From: Candidatus Yanofskybacteria bacterium
GTDB taxonomy: Bacteria > Patescibacteriota > Minisyncoccia > 2-02-FULL-40-12 > IGHO2-12-FULL-4
Direction: 5' to 3'
Length of the DNA: 64,000 bases
Assembly (NCBI GenBank): GCA_016185525.1
Contig: JACPNK010000007.1
Coordinates: 23,008-87,007 of the forward strand
Shown: piece after piece, positions 1 to 9,790 of the stretch
How the letters are laid out: every line of letters begins with the position of its first letter
How positions within the stretch are numbered: position 1 is the first letter of the stretch
Program-made: the position numbers and the translations under genes
Notes under the pieces: model-generated
Database searches by the model: none
Told to the model about the DNA's origin: nothing
What the model saw: only the letters and a program-made list of their open reading frames with translations

Positions 1-180
1 GACAGCATCAAGGCCCAGTTAAGGATAGCCAACAGGCTAAGGGTTAAATTTGCGGTAATCATCGGACACAAGGAAGCTTTAGACAAAACCGCAATTTTAA
101 GGGAGATGGACAGCGGTATTCAAGAGATTATTCCGATGGACAGTATCATTGAGTCGGTGAAGAAGAGACTTAAAGGCTAA
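1..180 (+). CDS. hisS: Histidyl-tRNA synthetase, C-terminal anticodon-binding domain (partial)
   Basis: Frame 1 reads DSIKAQLRIANRLRVKFAVIIGHKE...REMDSGIQE...KG*, typical of the HisRS C-terminus; 5' end lies outside the window. Confidence 0.8.
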   Translation, partial: DSIKAQLRIANRLRVKFAVIIGHKEALDKTAILREMDSGIQEIIPMDSIIESVKKRLKG

Positions 181-246
181 AGACTAAAGTCTAACGACTA
201 AAGCCGGAAAATTCATGCTTTAGACTTTGGTCCTTAGTCTTTAGAC
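175..246. repeat. Heptamer (GACTAAA/TTTAGAC-TTTAGTC) fold-back repeat element
   Basis: ggctaaagactaaagtctaacgactaaagcc...gctttagactttggtccttagtctttagac; related copies at 26312 and inside lepA. Confidence 0.8.
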
Positions 247-255
247 AAAATATGC

Positions 256-597
256 ATGGATATTTTCTGTAAAATTATTAACAGAGAGTTGTCGGCCGAA
301 GTAGTTATTGAGGATAAAGATTTTATTGTGATTAAAGATATTCATCCGGCGGCTCCGGTGCATGTCTTGATTATTCCCAAGAAACACTTAGACATAATAC
401 ACGAGATCAGCCACGAAGAGTTGGATATTTTGGGAAAAATGTTTGTTGTTGCCGGCCAAGCCGCCAAAAAGCTTGGGGTTGAAAAGACCGGCTATCGTTT
501 AATATTGAATCAGGGTCCCAATGCCGGCCAGTTGGTGCCGCATTTGCATTTGCACTTGTTGGCCGGTAAACCATTGGGGTCCAAGATTGCCAGTTAA
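256..597 (+). CDS. HIT family (histidine triad) nucleotide-binding protein
   Basis: DIFCKII N-terminus, HVLIIPKKH, GQLVPHLHLHLLAG histidine triad. Confidence 0.95.
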   Translation: MDIFCKIINRELSAEVVIEDKDFIVIKDIHPAAPVHVLIIPKKHLDIIHEISHEELDILGKMFVVAGQAAKKLGVEKTGYRLILNQGPNAGQLVPHLHLHLLAGKPLGSKIAS

Positions 598-612
598 TAG
601 AAGGAGGTTTTT

Positions 613-876
613 ATGGATGTAAAAAGAAAACCGAATGAGACCATAGGCAGTATGATGAGAAGATTTTCAAAGGTTGTACAACAGAGCCACGTTTTGCCGC
701 AGGTTAAAGAATCCAGATTTTACAAGAAAAAGAAAAGTGAAAGACAAAACAAAAATAGAGCAATTATGCGTGAAGAATTGAAGGCTTTGCGCAAAAGACT
801 GGAACGGCTTGGCAAGTACAGCGAAGAAAGTTTTGAGGAAGAAAAAAGAAAAATTAAGCAGAAGTTAGATCTATAA
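613..876 (+). CDS. rpsU: 30S ribosomal protein bS21 (C-terminally extended)
   Basis: VKRKPNETIGSMMRRFSKVVQQS...RFYKKKKSER; SD AAGGAGG; rpsU-yqeY-ybeY context. Confidence 0.8.
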   Translation: MDVKRKPNETIGSMMRRFSKVVQQSHVLPQVKESRFYKKKKSERQNKNRAIMREELKALRKRLERLGKYSEESFEEEKRKIKQKLDL

Positions 877-877
877 A

Positions 878-1366
878 GTGTTGCAAGAACGGATTAAAAA
901 AGAACTAACAGAGTCTTTGAAATCAGGCGACCAGCTAAAGCGCTTGGTTTTGGGTACTCTTTTAACCGCCATCAAGAATCGTGAGTTGAGCAAGAGAACT
1001 CGGCTTAGTAAGACTGTTACCGACACCGCAGAGTTGGAAAAACAGAGCCGGCTCAACGACGAAGAGGTTTTAGAAGTCATTGCCGGTGAGGTTAAAAAAA
1101 GAAAAGATTCAATTGAGCAATTTGCCGCTGGCGGCAGGAAAGACCTTGCTGAAAAAGAGGAAGCTGAAGAAAAGATCTTGAAAGCGTATCTGCCGGAGCA
1201 GTTAAGCAACGAGGCGGTTAGGGAGGAAATAAAAAAAGCCATAGAATCATCAGGAGCAAAGGAACCCAAAGAAATGGGCAAGGTTATGGCTTTGGTCATG
1301 CCCAAACTCAAAGGGCGCGCTGATGGCAGTATTATAAGCCGCATAACAAAGGAGTTGCTTGGTTAG
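878..1366 (+). CDS. GatB/YqeY domain protein
   Basis: KKRKDSIEQF..GGR.DL, YLPEQLS, MGKVMALVMPKLKGRADG motifs. Confidence 0.95.
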   Translation: MLQERIKKELTESLKSGDQLKRLVLGTLLTAIKNRELSKRTRLSKTVTDTAELEKQSRLNDEEVLEVIAGEVKKRKDSIEQFAAGGRKDLAEKEEAEEKILKAYLPEQLSNEAVREEIKKAIESSGAKEPKEMGKVMALVMPKLKGRADGSIISRITKELLG

Positions 1367-1382
1367 CAAGATTTAAATCATA

Positions 1383-1835
1383 ATGCTGGACTTTAGTTTC
1401 AATAACCTCACGAAAGATAAAAGTTTTTCTAAAAACTTTTTTTATAAAATCGTCGTAAAAACTCTCAAAGAGCTTAACTTAGACAAGAAAAATCTCGGAA
1501 TTTCCCTGAACCTTGTTGGCGCTGACAAAATCAGGCGTCAAAATAAAAAGTATCTCGGAAAAGACAAGCCAACCGATGTTTTGTCTTTTCCGTTGGATAA
1601 AGTTTCCTCTGAAAACAAGAGCCTTGTTTTGCTTGGCGATATTTTTATTTGTCCGCTATTTGCCAAAAGGCGCGCAAAGAGGGAAAATGTTAATATAAAA
1701 CTAAAGATGGCTTGGCTGACAGTTCATGGCACCCTGCATCTGCTGGGTTACGACCACGTAAGATCTTCAAAAGAATCAGATAAAATGTTTTTGCTGGAAA
1801 ATAAAATTCTTAAAATTTTGAACCCTGACCGTTGA
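1383..1835 (+). CDS. ybeY: rRNA maturation endoribonuclease YbeY
   Basis: DKPTDVLSFP, LGDIFIC, HGTLHLLGYDH. Confidence 0.95.
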   Translation: MLDFSFNNLTKDKSFSKNFFYKIVVKTLKELNLDKKNLGISLNLVGADKIRRQNKKYLGKDKPTDVLSFPLDKVSSENKSLVLLGDIFICPLFAKRRAKRENVNIKLKMAWLTVHGTLHLLGYDHVRSSKESDKMFLLENKILKILNPDR

Positions 1836-1860
1836 TTTTTAAATTTAAAAAATACTAACT

Positions 1861-3129
1861 ATGTCCAGTTCTCACACCATTGCCGGTATTGATATCGGTA
1901 ACTCTTTGGTGAAAACAGTTGTGGCGGAGTTGGATCGGGAAACCTTAAATCCTAGGATTTTGGGTGTGGGAATCTCCGAGTCACATGGCCTAAGAAAGGG
2001 AGTGATCGTTGATATGGGCGAGGCCATAAGGGACATAGAAGAATCTGTAAGGAAAGCTGAAACAAGTTCGGGTGTCAAAATACGCAGAGCTTATGTTTCT
2101 GTGAATGGCCTTCATATCAAGAATCAGCTGTCCCGAGGCGTTATTGCTGTTTCTAAAGCCGATAACGAGATTGCTCCTCATGACTTGGAAAGAGTCATTG
2201 ATGCCGCCTCAATCGTCAGTTTGCCCGCAAATAGGGAGATTATACACATTCTTCCAAAAAACTACCTGGTTGACGGCCAGGAATACGTAAAGAATCCTTT
2301 GGGCATGAAAGGCGTACGTTTAGAAGCGGAGGTTTTGATTATTGACGGCCTCTCACCATATATTAGAAATATTGCCAAATGCCTAAACGCAAACGATATT
2401 GAGGTGGTTGAGTTTGTCTTTTCTCCTTTAGCCTCCAGTTATTCCGTGCTTGATAAAAACCAGAAAGAGCATGGAGTGCTTAACCTTGATCTTGGCGGCG
2501 GAGTTTCCACTCTCTCATTCTTTCATGAAGGCGAACTGGCTTATGCCGCCACTCTTCCTTTAGGTTCAAGACATATAACCAATGACTTGGCTGTTGCCTT
2601 GCGTACTTCAATGGACATTGCTGAAACGGTTAAGTTGCAGCATGGCTATGCCTGTGCAAGTTTGGTTTCACAGAAAAATTTGGTTGGACACGGCAAGAAA
2701 GATGAGGTTGACCTGTCTGATGTTATTGGAGAAGAAAACTTTGTCATACCAAAAAAAAATATTGCTAAAGTTGTAGATGCCAGAATAGGCGAAGTTTTTG
2801 AGATGGTGCAGTCGGAGATGAAAAAAATTCCTCATTCCGGAATGATTCCTGCCGGTATAGTGATTACTGGCGGCGGCGCCAAATTGCCCGGGCTTAGTTA
2901 TTTTGTTAAGGAGAAACTAAAGCTTCCAGTGAGAATCGGAATAAGATATCCTTTTGAAGGCATGGCCGATCAAGTTGAGGATCCTTCTTTGTCTGTTGCT
3001 GCCGGTTTGGTTTTGTATGGAATGGAAAAAGAATATTCTAAAGCAAGACAGGTTTCGTCTTTAAGTTTGGGAGAATATCTTAATCCTCTAAAAAAGTTTT
3101 TTTCCTGGCTTAAGAACTTCTCTCCCTAA
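1861..3129 (+). CDS. ftsA: Cell division protein FtsA
   Basis: GIDIGNS, GLRKGVIVD, GVRLEAEV, ITNDLA, GIVITGGGAKLPG; directly upstream of ftsZ. Confidence 0.97.
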   Translation: MSSSHTIAGIDIGNSLVKTVVAELDRETLNPRILGVGISESHGLRKGVIVDMGEAIRDIEESVRKAETSSGVKIRRAYVSVNGLHIKNQLSRGVIAVSKADNEIAPHDLERVIDAASIVSLPANREIIHILPKNYLVDGQEYVKNPLGMKGVRLEAEVLIIDGLSPYIRNIAKCLNANDIEVVEFVFSPLASSYSVLDKNQKEHGVLNLDLGGGVSTLSFFHEGELAYAATLPLGSRHITNDLAVALRTSMDIAETVKLQHGYACASLVSQKNLVGHGKKDEVDLSDVIGEENFVIPKKNIAKVVDARIGEVFEMVQSEMKKIPHSGMIPAGIVITGGGAKLPGLSYFVKEKLKLPVRIGIRYPFEGMADQVEDPSLSVAAGLVLYGMEKEYSKARQVSSLSLGEYLNPLKKFFSWLKNFSP

Positions 3130-3149
3130 GAAAGAACGAAGTTAACAAC

Positions 3150-3158
3150 TTATCCACA
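3150..3158 (+). promoter_or_regulatory. Consensus DnaA box upstream of ftsZ
   Basis: TTATCCACA exact match in the ftsA-ftsZ gap. Confidence 0.5.
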
Positions 3159-3214
3159 GGTTGTTACATCCAAACTTGTGTTGGTTTTTACTTTGTGTTA
3201 AATCAGACTCAATT

Positions 3215-4396
3215 ATGGCTCAACTAAAACCCCCCTTTGAAACATTTGCCAGAATTAAGGTCATAGGCGTAGGCGGAGCTGGTGGCAATGCTTTAATGCG
3301 CATGATTTCTTCCCGTATTCAGGGGGTGGAGTTTGTTGCTGCCAACTCAGATTTTCAAGACCTTCATAAATCAGGAGCTCCGGTCAAACTTCAAATCGGT
3401 AAAAACCTCTCAAGAGGTTTGGGTGCTGGTATGAATCCTGAAATCGGCAAACAAGCCGCCACAGACGCCAAAGAAGAGATTACCGAAGCGCTCAAAGGCG
3501 CTGATATGGTTTTCATCACAGCCGGTATGGGTGGGGGTACTGGTACCGGAGCGAGTCCGGTGATTGCCGAAATTGCCCGAGACTTGGGGGCGCTAACCGT
3601 TGCTATCGTAACCAAACCTTTTTTGTTTGAAGGTGCGCAGCGTTCAAGGATAGCTGAAGGCGGCTGGAATCTTTTGAGGGACAAGGTTGACTCTATTATT
3701 ACCATTCCCAACGACAGACTGTTATCCATTATTGACCGCAAGACCCCTATCTTAGAAGCATTTGCTGTTGTTGATGATGTTTTGCGGCAAGGTGTTCAGG
3801 GTATATCCGACTTGATTACGATTCCGGGTATAATCAACGTTGATTTTGCCGATGTCAAAGCCGTTATGCAAAATTCCGGTTCAGCTCTGATGGGTATTGG
3901 CCGCGCTTCCGGAGAGGACAGAGCAATTTCTGCGGCAAAAATGGCAATCAACTCGCCTTTGCTTGAAGTTGCGATTGATGGCGCGAGAGGGGTTTTGTTC
4001 AACGTTTCCGGCGGTTCAGATTTGAGCATGTCGGAGATCAACGAAGCCGCTAAAATTATTACTGAAAATATAGACCCGAATGCGAAAGTAATTTTTGGCG
4101 CCGTGGAGGACGATAAGCTTAAAAAAGGCGAGATTAAGATTACCGTGATTGCTACTGGTTTTAGCGGTGATGCTATTCAAGGAAGTTCTAAATCTGCGAA
4201 CGTTGGTTTACTGACTCAAGGGCCGACGTTGTTTGACGAAATTTCATCTGGCAAAAAAAACAGTGACCCCACTGGTCATTCATTTGTCAATGGACGCAGT
4301 GGTCAAGAGGCAAAAAGAGAATTTATTGACAGCTCTCTAGAGGATGAAGCAATGTTTGATATCCCGGCTTTTATCAGGAAAAAAATGAAAGAATAG
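3215..4396 (+). CDS. ftsZ: Cell division protein FtsZ
   Basis: [31 protein letters not shown]-terminal FDIPAFIRK; ATG 3215 preferred over TTG 3161. Confidence 0.98.
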   Translation: MAQLKPPFETFARIKVIGVGGAGGNALMRMISSRIQGVEFVAANSDFQDLHKSGAPVKLQIGKNLSRGLGAGMNPEIGKQAATDAKEEITEALKGADMVFITAGMGGGTGTGASPVIAEIARDLGALTVAIVTKPFLFEGAQRSRIAEGGWNLLRDKVDSIITIPNDRLLSIIDRKTPILEAFAVVDDVLRQGVQGISDLITIPGIINVDFADVKAVMQNSGSALMGIGRASGEDRAISAAKMAINSPLLEVAIDGARGVLFNVSGGSDLSMSEINEAAKIITENIDPNAKVIFGAVEDDKLKKGEIKITVIATGFSGDAIQGSSKSANVGLLTQGPTLFDEISSGKKNSDPTGHSFVNGRSGQEAKREFIDSSLEDEAMFDIPAFIRKKMKE

Positions 4397-4515
4397 TCTG
4401 TAGAGAGACTTCCTTAGAGTTATCAACATTGCACCGTTGCTTTACTGTTGTAAAATTTAATTGACGTTTTATTTTAAACAGATAACGACCCTCGGGGTCG
4501 TTTACTTGTCTCAAT

Positions 4516-7359
4516 ATGTCACAATTTTCTATTTTTGAAGAAGAAAAAGGGTCAGACTTTTTCCCGCTAAGCGAGCCGGAAGAAATGGCCAATGGTTTTA
4601 TTAATGATTCAGAACCCCCCGTTTTGTTAAAAGACAGTGAAGCCAAAACACATCAAGGCGAGGGCCTGGTTTGGCAGAGCCAGTTTTCTGACGGTGATCC
4701 TTTCAACGAAATTATTTGGGACAAAAGAACGGCAAAAATAGTTAAGAGCGGAGGCGAAGTGGTTTTTGAACAAAAAGATGTAGAGGTTCCTAATTTTTGG
4801 TCTCAAACAGCTACGGACGTAGTAGCTTCAAAATACTTCAGAGGCAAAATTGGTTCGCCGGAAAGAGAAAAAAGCGCTAAAGAAATGGTCAAGCGGGTGG
4901 CGGATACCATTGCAACTTGGGGCTGGGAAGATGGCTATTTTGATAGTGAAAAAGACTACTTAAACTTTAAAAATGACCTGCGGTGGATACTCATAAACCA
5001 ATTTGGGGCCTTTAACAGTCCTGTTTGGTTCAACGTCGGGGTTTACGATAAGCCACAAACTTCAGCTTGTTTTATCCTTGCCGTTGAAGACACGATGCAG
5101 TCAATTTTGGACTGGTATAGGGATGAGGGCTGGATTTTTAAATTCGGTTCGGGTTCCGGACTCAATGTTTCCAAACTGCGTTCTTCCAAAGAAGCTCTTT
5201 CAAAAGGTGGTTTTTCCTCCGGCCCGGTTTCCTTTATGAAAGGGGCTGATGGTGTGGCTAACAGTATTCGTTCCGGCGGTACCACCAGGAGAGCGGCGAA
5301 AATGGTCGTTCTCAATGTTGATCACCCGGATATTAAAGATTTTATCTATTGCAAAAAAGTTGTTGAAGAAATGACTAAGGCTTTGGCGAGAAGCGGTATA
5401 AAAGATTCAATTACGGCTGATATTTTTGATCCTTATACTCTTTTGCCTTACCAGAATGCCAACAACTCTGTCAGGGTTACTGACGAGTTTATGAGAGCGG
5501 TGGAACAGGACGAGGACTGGGAGCTAAAGGCTGTATCAACGGGCCAAGTTTTAGAAAAAGTTAAGGCCAGACAAATTATGGATTGGGTTGCAGATGCCGC
5601 TTGGCATTCTGCCGATCCTGGCATGCAGTATGACACAGCTATAAACTATTGGCACACTTGCCCCAACGCCGGCAGGATAAATGCTTCCAATCCTTGTGCC
5701 GAATACATGCATTTGGACAACAGCGCTTGTAACCTAGCCTCAATAAATCTTCTAAAGTTTTTAAGAAAAGACAGTACTTTTGACGTTCAGCTTTACAAAA
5801 AAGTTATAGATACTTTCATACTTGCCCAAGATATTGTAATTGACAATTCCTCTTTTCCTACGGAAAAAATCAGAGAAAACGCTAGAAATTACAGAGAACT
5901 TGGTCTAGGCTATGCCAATCTGGGAGCGTTATTGATGACTTTAGGTATTCCTTACGATTCTGACGAGGGTCGGGCTTGGGGTGGACTTTTGACTTCTATC
6001 TTAACCGGTGAGGGATACAGAATGTCGGCTGAAATTGCCAAGGCCGGCGGACCGTTCAGGGGTTATCAAAAAGACCGTCAGGGTATGCTGGATGTAGTTG
6101 GAAAGCATTGTGAAGCGGCAGAGAATTTGTCTCATATGGCGGAAGCCGGCGGAATTATCGGAGACCAGTCTTTAATTTTTGAGTCTGTTAATGTCTGGCG
6201 CGAAGCTTTGCGGCTTGGCAGAGAATTTGGCTATCGCAATTCGCAGGCTACCGTCTTGGCTCCCACCGGCACGATTTCTTTTTTGATGGATTGCGCCACT
6301 ACCGGCATTGAACCGGAGCTGGCTTTAGTTAAATACAAAAAACTTGTCGGCGGCGGCACGCTAAAACTGGTTAATCCGCAAGTTTCAACGGCTTTAAACA
6401 ATCTTGGTTATCGGGAAGAAGAGGTGGGCAGGATCACGAATTATATTTTAGAAAAAGAAACCATAGAGGGTGCGCCCGATTTGAAAGAAGCCCACCTGCC
6501 GGTCTTTGATTGTTCTTTCCGTCCGGTTAACGGCCAGAGGAGTATTCACCATATGGGCCATTTAAAAATGATGTCAGCGGCCCAGCCTTTTGTTTCCGGC
6601 GCTATTTCTAAGACAGTTAATCTTCCGGCGGAAGCGACAGTTGAAGAAGTTAAGAATTCTTTTATTGAGGCATGGAGGTTAGGTTTGAAGGCTGTGGCTT
6701 TTTACAGGGATGGCAGTAAAACAATTCAACCTCTAAGCACATCGGCAGACGAAAAAAATGATTTGGTGGAAAAGATCAACGGCCACACTCGCTTTAAGAT
6801 GCCCGACGAAAGGCCGGCTATAACCCATAAATTTTCGGTCAACGGGCATGAAGGCTACTTGACTGTCGGGCTATATCCGGGAACTCAAAAAGTGGGGGAA
6901 ACATTCATTAGAATTGCCAAAGAGGGTAGTACGGTCTCGGGGTTGCTTGATGTGATTGCGACTCTGACTTCCATCTCTTTGCAGTCGGGCGTGCCTTTGA
7001 AAGTGCTTGTCAGGAAGTTCAAAGATATGCGATTTGAACCTTCAGGATTTACCAATAATGAAGATGTGCCGATTGCCAAGTCAATTATTGACTATGTCTT
7101 TAGATTTTTAGGAACGAGATTTTTGACTGAAGCCGAAAAAGAAGAAGTTTTTGGTTCCGCTTATCAACCTGCGACTGACAATAGCAACAGTCCAAAAACT
7201 GCTACTGCAACTTTGGTTTCTGCTCATACGCAGGCTGGTTATGCTGTTGCAGAAGCCGATACTGAAGCAACGGTCTGCGAATGCGGCGCCATCATGGTCC
7301 GCGCCGGCTCCTGCTACTCTTGTCCTAATTGTTTCTCAACAACAGGGGTGTGTAATTAA
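4516..7359 (+). CDS. nrdJ: Class II (adenosylcobalamin-dependent) ribonucleotide reductase with C-terminal TSCPD/Zn domain
   Basis: FNSPVWFN, QTSACFI, GGTTRRAAKM, ASNPCAEY, APTGTIS, GAISKTVN, YRDGSK, C-terminal CxC...CxxC. Confidence 0.95.
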   Translation: MSQFSIFEEEKGSDFFPLSEPEEMANGFINDSEPPVLLKDSEAKTHQGEGLVWQSQFSDGDPFNEIIWDKRTAKIVKSGGEVVFEQKDVEVPNFWSQTATDVVASKYFRGKIGSPEREKSAKEMVKRVADTIATWGWEDGYFDSEKDYLNFKNDLRWILINQFGAFNSPVWFNVGVYDKPQTSACFILAVEDTMQSILDWYRDEGWIFKFGSGSGLNVSKLRSSKEALSKGGFSSGPVSFMKGADGVANSIRSGGTTRRAAKMVVLNVDHPDIKDFIYCKKVVEEMTKALARSGIKDSITADIFDPYTLLPYQNANNSVRVTDEFMRAVEQDEDWELKAVSTGQVLEKVKARQIMDWVADAAWHSADPGMQYDTAINYWHTCPNAGRINASNPCAEYMHLDNSACNLASINLLKFLRKDSTFDVQLYKKVIDTFILAQDIVIDNSSFPTEKIRENARNYRELGLGYANLGALLMTLGIPYDSDEGRAWGGLLTSILTGEGYRMSAEIAKAGGPFRGYQKDRQGMLDVVGKHCEAAENLSHMAEAGGIIGDQSLIFESVNVWREALRLGREFGYRNSQATVLAPTGTISFLMDCATTGIEPELALVKYKKLVGGGTLKLVNPQVSTALNNLGYREEEVGRITNYILEKETIEGAPDLKEAHLPVFDCSFRPVNGQRSIHHMGHLKMMSAAQPFVSGAISKTVNLPAEATVEEVKNSFIEAWRLGLKAVAFYRDGSKTIQPLSTSADEKNDLVEKINGHTRFKMPDERPAITHKFSVNGHEGYLTVGLYPGTQKVGETFIRIAKEGSTVSGLLDVIATLTSISLQSGVPLKVLVRKFKDMRFEPSGFTNNEDVPIAKSIIDYVFRFLGTRFLTEAEKEEVFGSAYQPATDNSNSPKTATATLVSAHTQAGYAVAEADTEATVCECGAIMVRAGSCYSCPNCFSTTGVCN

Positions 7360-7538
7360 AACCTTCTCGCTGAAAATCGCGGAGTCTGCGCAGACTTTAG
7401 GACTCTACGCGATTTTCAGCCATAAAGGTTTGCTCAATTTCATCGTTAAAACCTCCGCTTGAGATTCGCCGTACTTTTAGTACGTCTCATCTCAATGCTC
7501 GGTTTTGCCTCGAACTTGAGCAAACGAGAAAGTTTTAA
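7356..7538. repeat. Branched hairpin (MITE/REPIN-like) non-coding element
   Basis: Terminal IR TTAAAACCTTCTCG...CGAGAAAGTTTTAA; internal stems GCTGAAAATCGCG/CGCGATTTTCAGC, GTTTGCTCAA/TTGAGCAAAC, TTGAGAT/ATCTCAA. Confidence 0.7.
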
Positions 7539-7617
7539 AGAGCAATACATAAGCCTTGAAAACTTTTTAGTTTATGTTAGTATTTTGTGACCGTTATTTT
7601 AAAAGGAAAATGTAAAG

Positions 7618-7821
7618 ATGAAATCTGCACGCAAGACTAAAGTCAGCGGCTCTCCTTTAAGAAGTTGGAAATGTCCCAAGTGCAAGAAATCAGGCAGGCC
7701 AAAATTCGACAAAAATGAGTCAGTTATGAACATTGTGTCATGTGTTTTAGATGCACACGAAAAATTGAGTCCAAAATGTGACCCTGACAACGTCGTTTTC
7801 AACTGGTCCCGGCTTCAGTAA
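7618..7821 (+). CDS. Small hypothetical protein with CxxC...CxxxxH...C (possible Zn binding)
   Basis: 67-aa ORF preceded by AAGGA SD and a TTGAAA...TAGTAT promoter-like sequence, followed by a hairpin plus T-tract. Confidence 0.55.
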   Translation: MKSARKTKVSGSPLRSWKCPKCKKSGRPKFDKNESVMNIVSCVLDAHEKLSPKCDPDNVVFNWSRLQ

Positions 7822-7875
7822 AAGTTTCCTTTCAGGGAACTTTTTTTATTTTTAGACTTTTGTTAGAGTGCTTTT

Positions 7876-9393
7876 ATGCATAAGTCGCAACTCTTTTTTA
7901 TTCTTCTTTGCTGTTTTGTCGCCGGAGTTGCGGTTGGCTCTTTTTTGGCTTTTCCACAGCATGTTTTATATCTCTTTTTTATTCCGCCTTTAATTTTGGT
8001 CGGCATCTTTTGGCGGAGAAACTGGAAGATGGTTTTTGTTGCTTTTTCAGCGGCCATTTTTTTGTTCGGCATCCTCCGCGTTTTTGACGCCAGAGTCAGC
8101 ACTACTTTTGTAAAAAAATTTGCTGAGACCAACTTTTCTTCAACTTTAAACGGTTATGTTGCCGGTGAGTTTCAAAACAAGGGCGAGTACGGGCAGTTTG
8201 TTTTCAGAGTTAAAGAGCTGAAAGTTCCGGATTTTACTATCCCCGAAGAGCTTAACGAAAATATTTTGGTTATAACCGACTCTTTTCCGCGCTACCGCTA
8301 TGGCGACAAGCTTTCTTTGGAAGGTAAGATATCTTTGCCAAAAAACTACAACGACTTTGACTATATTTCCTATCTGGCAAAAGACCAGATTTATACAATA
8401 TCCTACCGGCCGGAAATTAAGGAAACCGGTTTACGTCTTGGATTTTTTGAAAAAATGAAAATCGGCTTTTTTGGTCGTATTTTTAGTTTTAAAAATAAAT
8501 TTGAAAATGCGATAGGCATGAGCGTTAGAGAACCCCATGCTTCTTTTCTCAACGGCATTCTGCTTGGTTCAAAACAAAATATACCCGAAGATTTAAAAAA
8601 AGATTTTAACACTGCCGGGATTTCCCATATTACAGCTATTTCCGGCTATAACATCACGATTGTCGCTTTACTTGTTTCTTGGTTTTTACTTTTCTTTTTC
8701 CGGAGAAATGTTGCTTTTTGGTTTTCTGTTGGAGCGATTTTTGTTTTTACAATCCTAACCGGCGCCTCGGCTTCGGTTATTCGTTCGGCTTTAATGGGCG
8801 GGCTGGTTTTACTTGCTAATAACTCTGGCCGCTTATATGATTCAAAAAACTCTCTGGCTTTAGTCGCTTTTTTGATGGTTTTGGCAAATCCGATGATTTT
8901 ACGTTACGACGTCGGTTTCCAGCTCTCGTTTATGGCGACGTTGGGCATTTTATACCTTGCTCCTCTGCTCAAAAACTATTTTAAAAAACTGCCTTCCGTA
9001 TTGAATTTTGGCGAGACTTTTTTAATGACAGTTTCGGCGCAGATTATGGTTCTGCCTCTTATTTTGTTTTATTTCCACAATCTCTCGCTGGTTGCTCTGC
9101 CCGCTAACTTATTAATTCTACCTTTGGTGCCCTTGGGGATGCTGGCCGGATTTGTTACGGGAATTGCCGGAATAATTTTGCCTGTTTTGGGATTAGTCGT
9201 CGGGTCAGTAGCTTGGCTGGTTTCTTCTCTCGTAATTTTTTTAGCCAGATTTTTTTCCGGTTTGCCGTTTACTACGCTTAATATTTTCGTTTCTTGGTAT
9301 GCGGTTGCGCTAATTTACGTTTTAATTTTTTGGTTTTTATATTATCTTTTCCGCAAACAAAAAATCCGTCAAAAGACGGATTCAGATTTTTAA
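7876..9393 (+). CDS. comEC: ComEC/Rec2 competence protein (membrane/OB part)
   Basis: GISHITAISGYNI, GASASVIRSALMG, DVGFQLSF; multi-pass hydrophobic. Confidence 0.92.
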   Translation: MHKSQLFFILLCCFVAGVAVGSFLAFPQHVLYLFFIPPLILVGIFWRRNWKMVFVAFSAAIFLFGILRVFDARVSTTFVKKFAETNFSSTLNGYVAGEFQNKGEYGQFVFRVKELKVPDFTIPEELNENILVITDSFPRYRYGDKLSLEGKISLPKNYNDFDYISYLAKDQIYTISYRPEIKETGLRLGFFEKMKIGFFGRIFSFKNKFENAIGMSVREPHASFLNGILLGSKQNIPEDLKKDFNTAGISHITAISGYNITIVALLVSWFLLFFFRRNVAFWFSVGAIFVFTILTGASASVIRSALMGGLVLLANNSGRLYDSKNSLALVAFLMVLANPMILRYDVGFQLSFMATLGILYLAPLLKNYFKKLPSVLNFGETFLMTVSAQIMVLPLILFYFHNLSLVALPANLLILPLVPLGMLAGFVTGIAGIILPVLGLVVGSVAWLVSSLVIFLARFFSGLPFTTLNIFVSWYAVALIYVLIFWFLYYLFRKQKIRQKTDSDF

Positions 9394-9432
9394 TCTAGTA
9401 CAAGGGATGTCCTTATACCATGTCCTTACATA

Positions 9433-9702
9433 TCATACTCCATGTTTGTGAGAGTGGGTCGTCCACTTAAGAAACTCGGCAATATTTCCAAGACATGTCT
9501 CTTCGAAAACACATTCGGGTGCAGGAAAAAATGAATACTTTCGCCACCTACCGAACCATCGGACTTGTCCTAGAAATCCGCCTGCTTTAGCAGTGACCTC
9601 CCAGATGTTAGTCTTACCGCTTTTTGGTTGGTCTTCAGAAAGCGAAAATCTGATATATTTACCTTCCCAATCTGATGGGTCGCTTCCAATGGCTGTTAGC
9701 AT
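9433..9702 (-). CDS. Hypothetical protein (phage-like small protein)
   Basis: 89-aa ORF with GGAG SD and TTGCAA...TATTAT promoter; Trp-rich LGQVRWFGRWRKYSFFP. Confidence 0.65.
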   Translation of the reverse strand: MLTAIGSDPSDWEGKYIRFSLSEDQPKSGKTNIWEVTAKAGGFLGQVRWFGRWRKYSFFPAPECVFEETCLGNIAEFLKWTTHSHKHGV

Positions 9703-9790
9703 TGTTTATCTCCGCACGTTACTTGCTGAACAGTTGAAATATAATAACATATTTTAAAATTATTGCAAGCAAATGTGATTCCCATCAAGG

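Noticed and set aside
4516-7359. Intein or intron in the RNR gene
   Set aside because: The length is explained by the TSCPD domain; no splicing motifs are visible.
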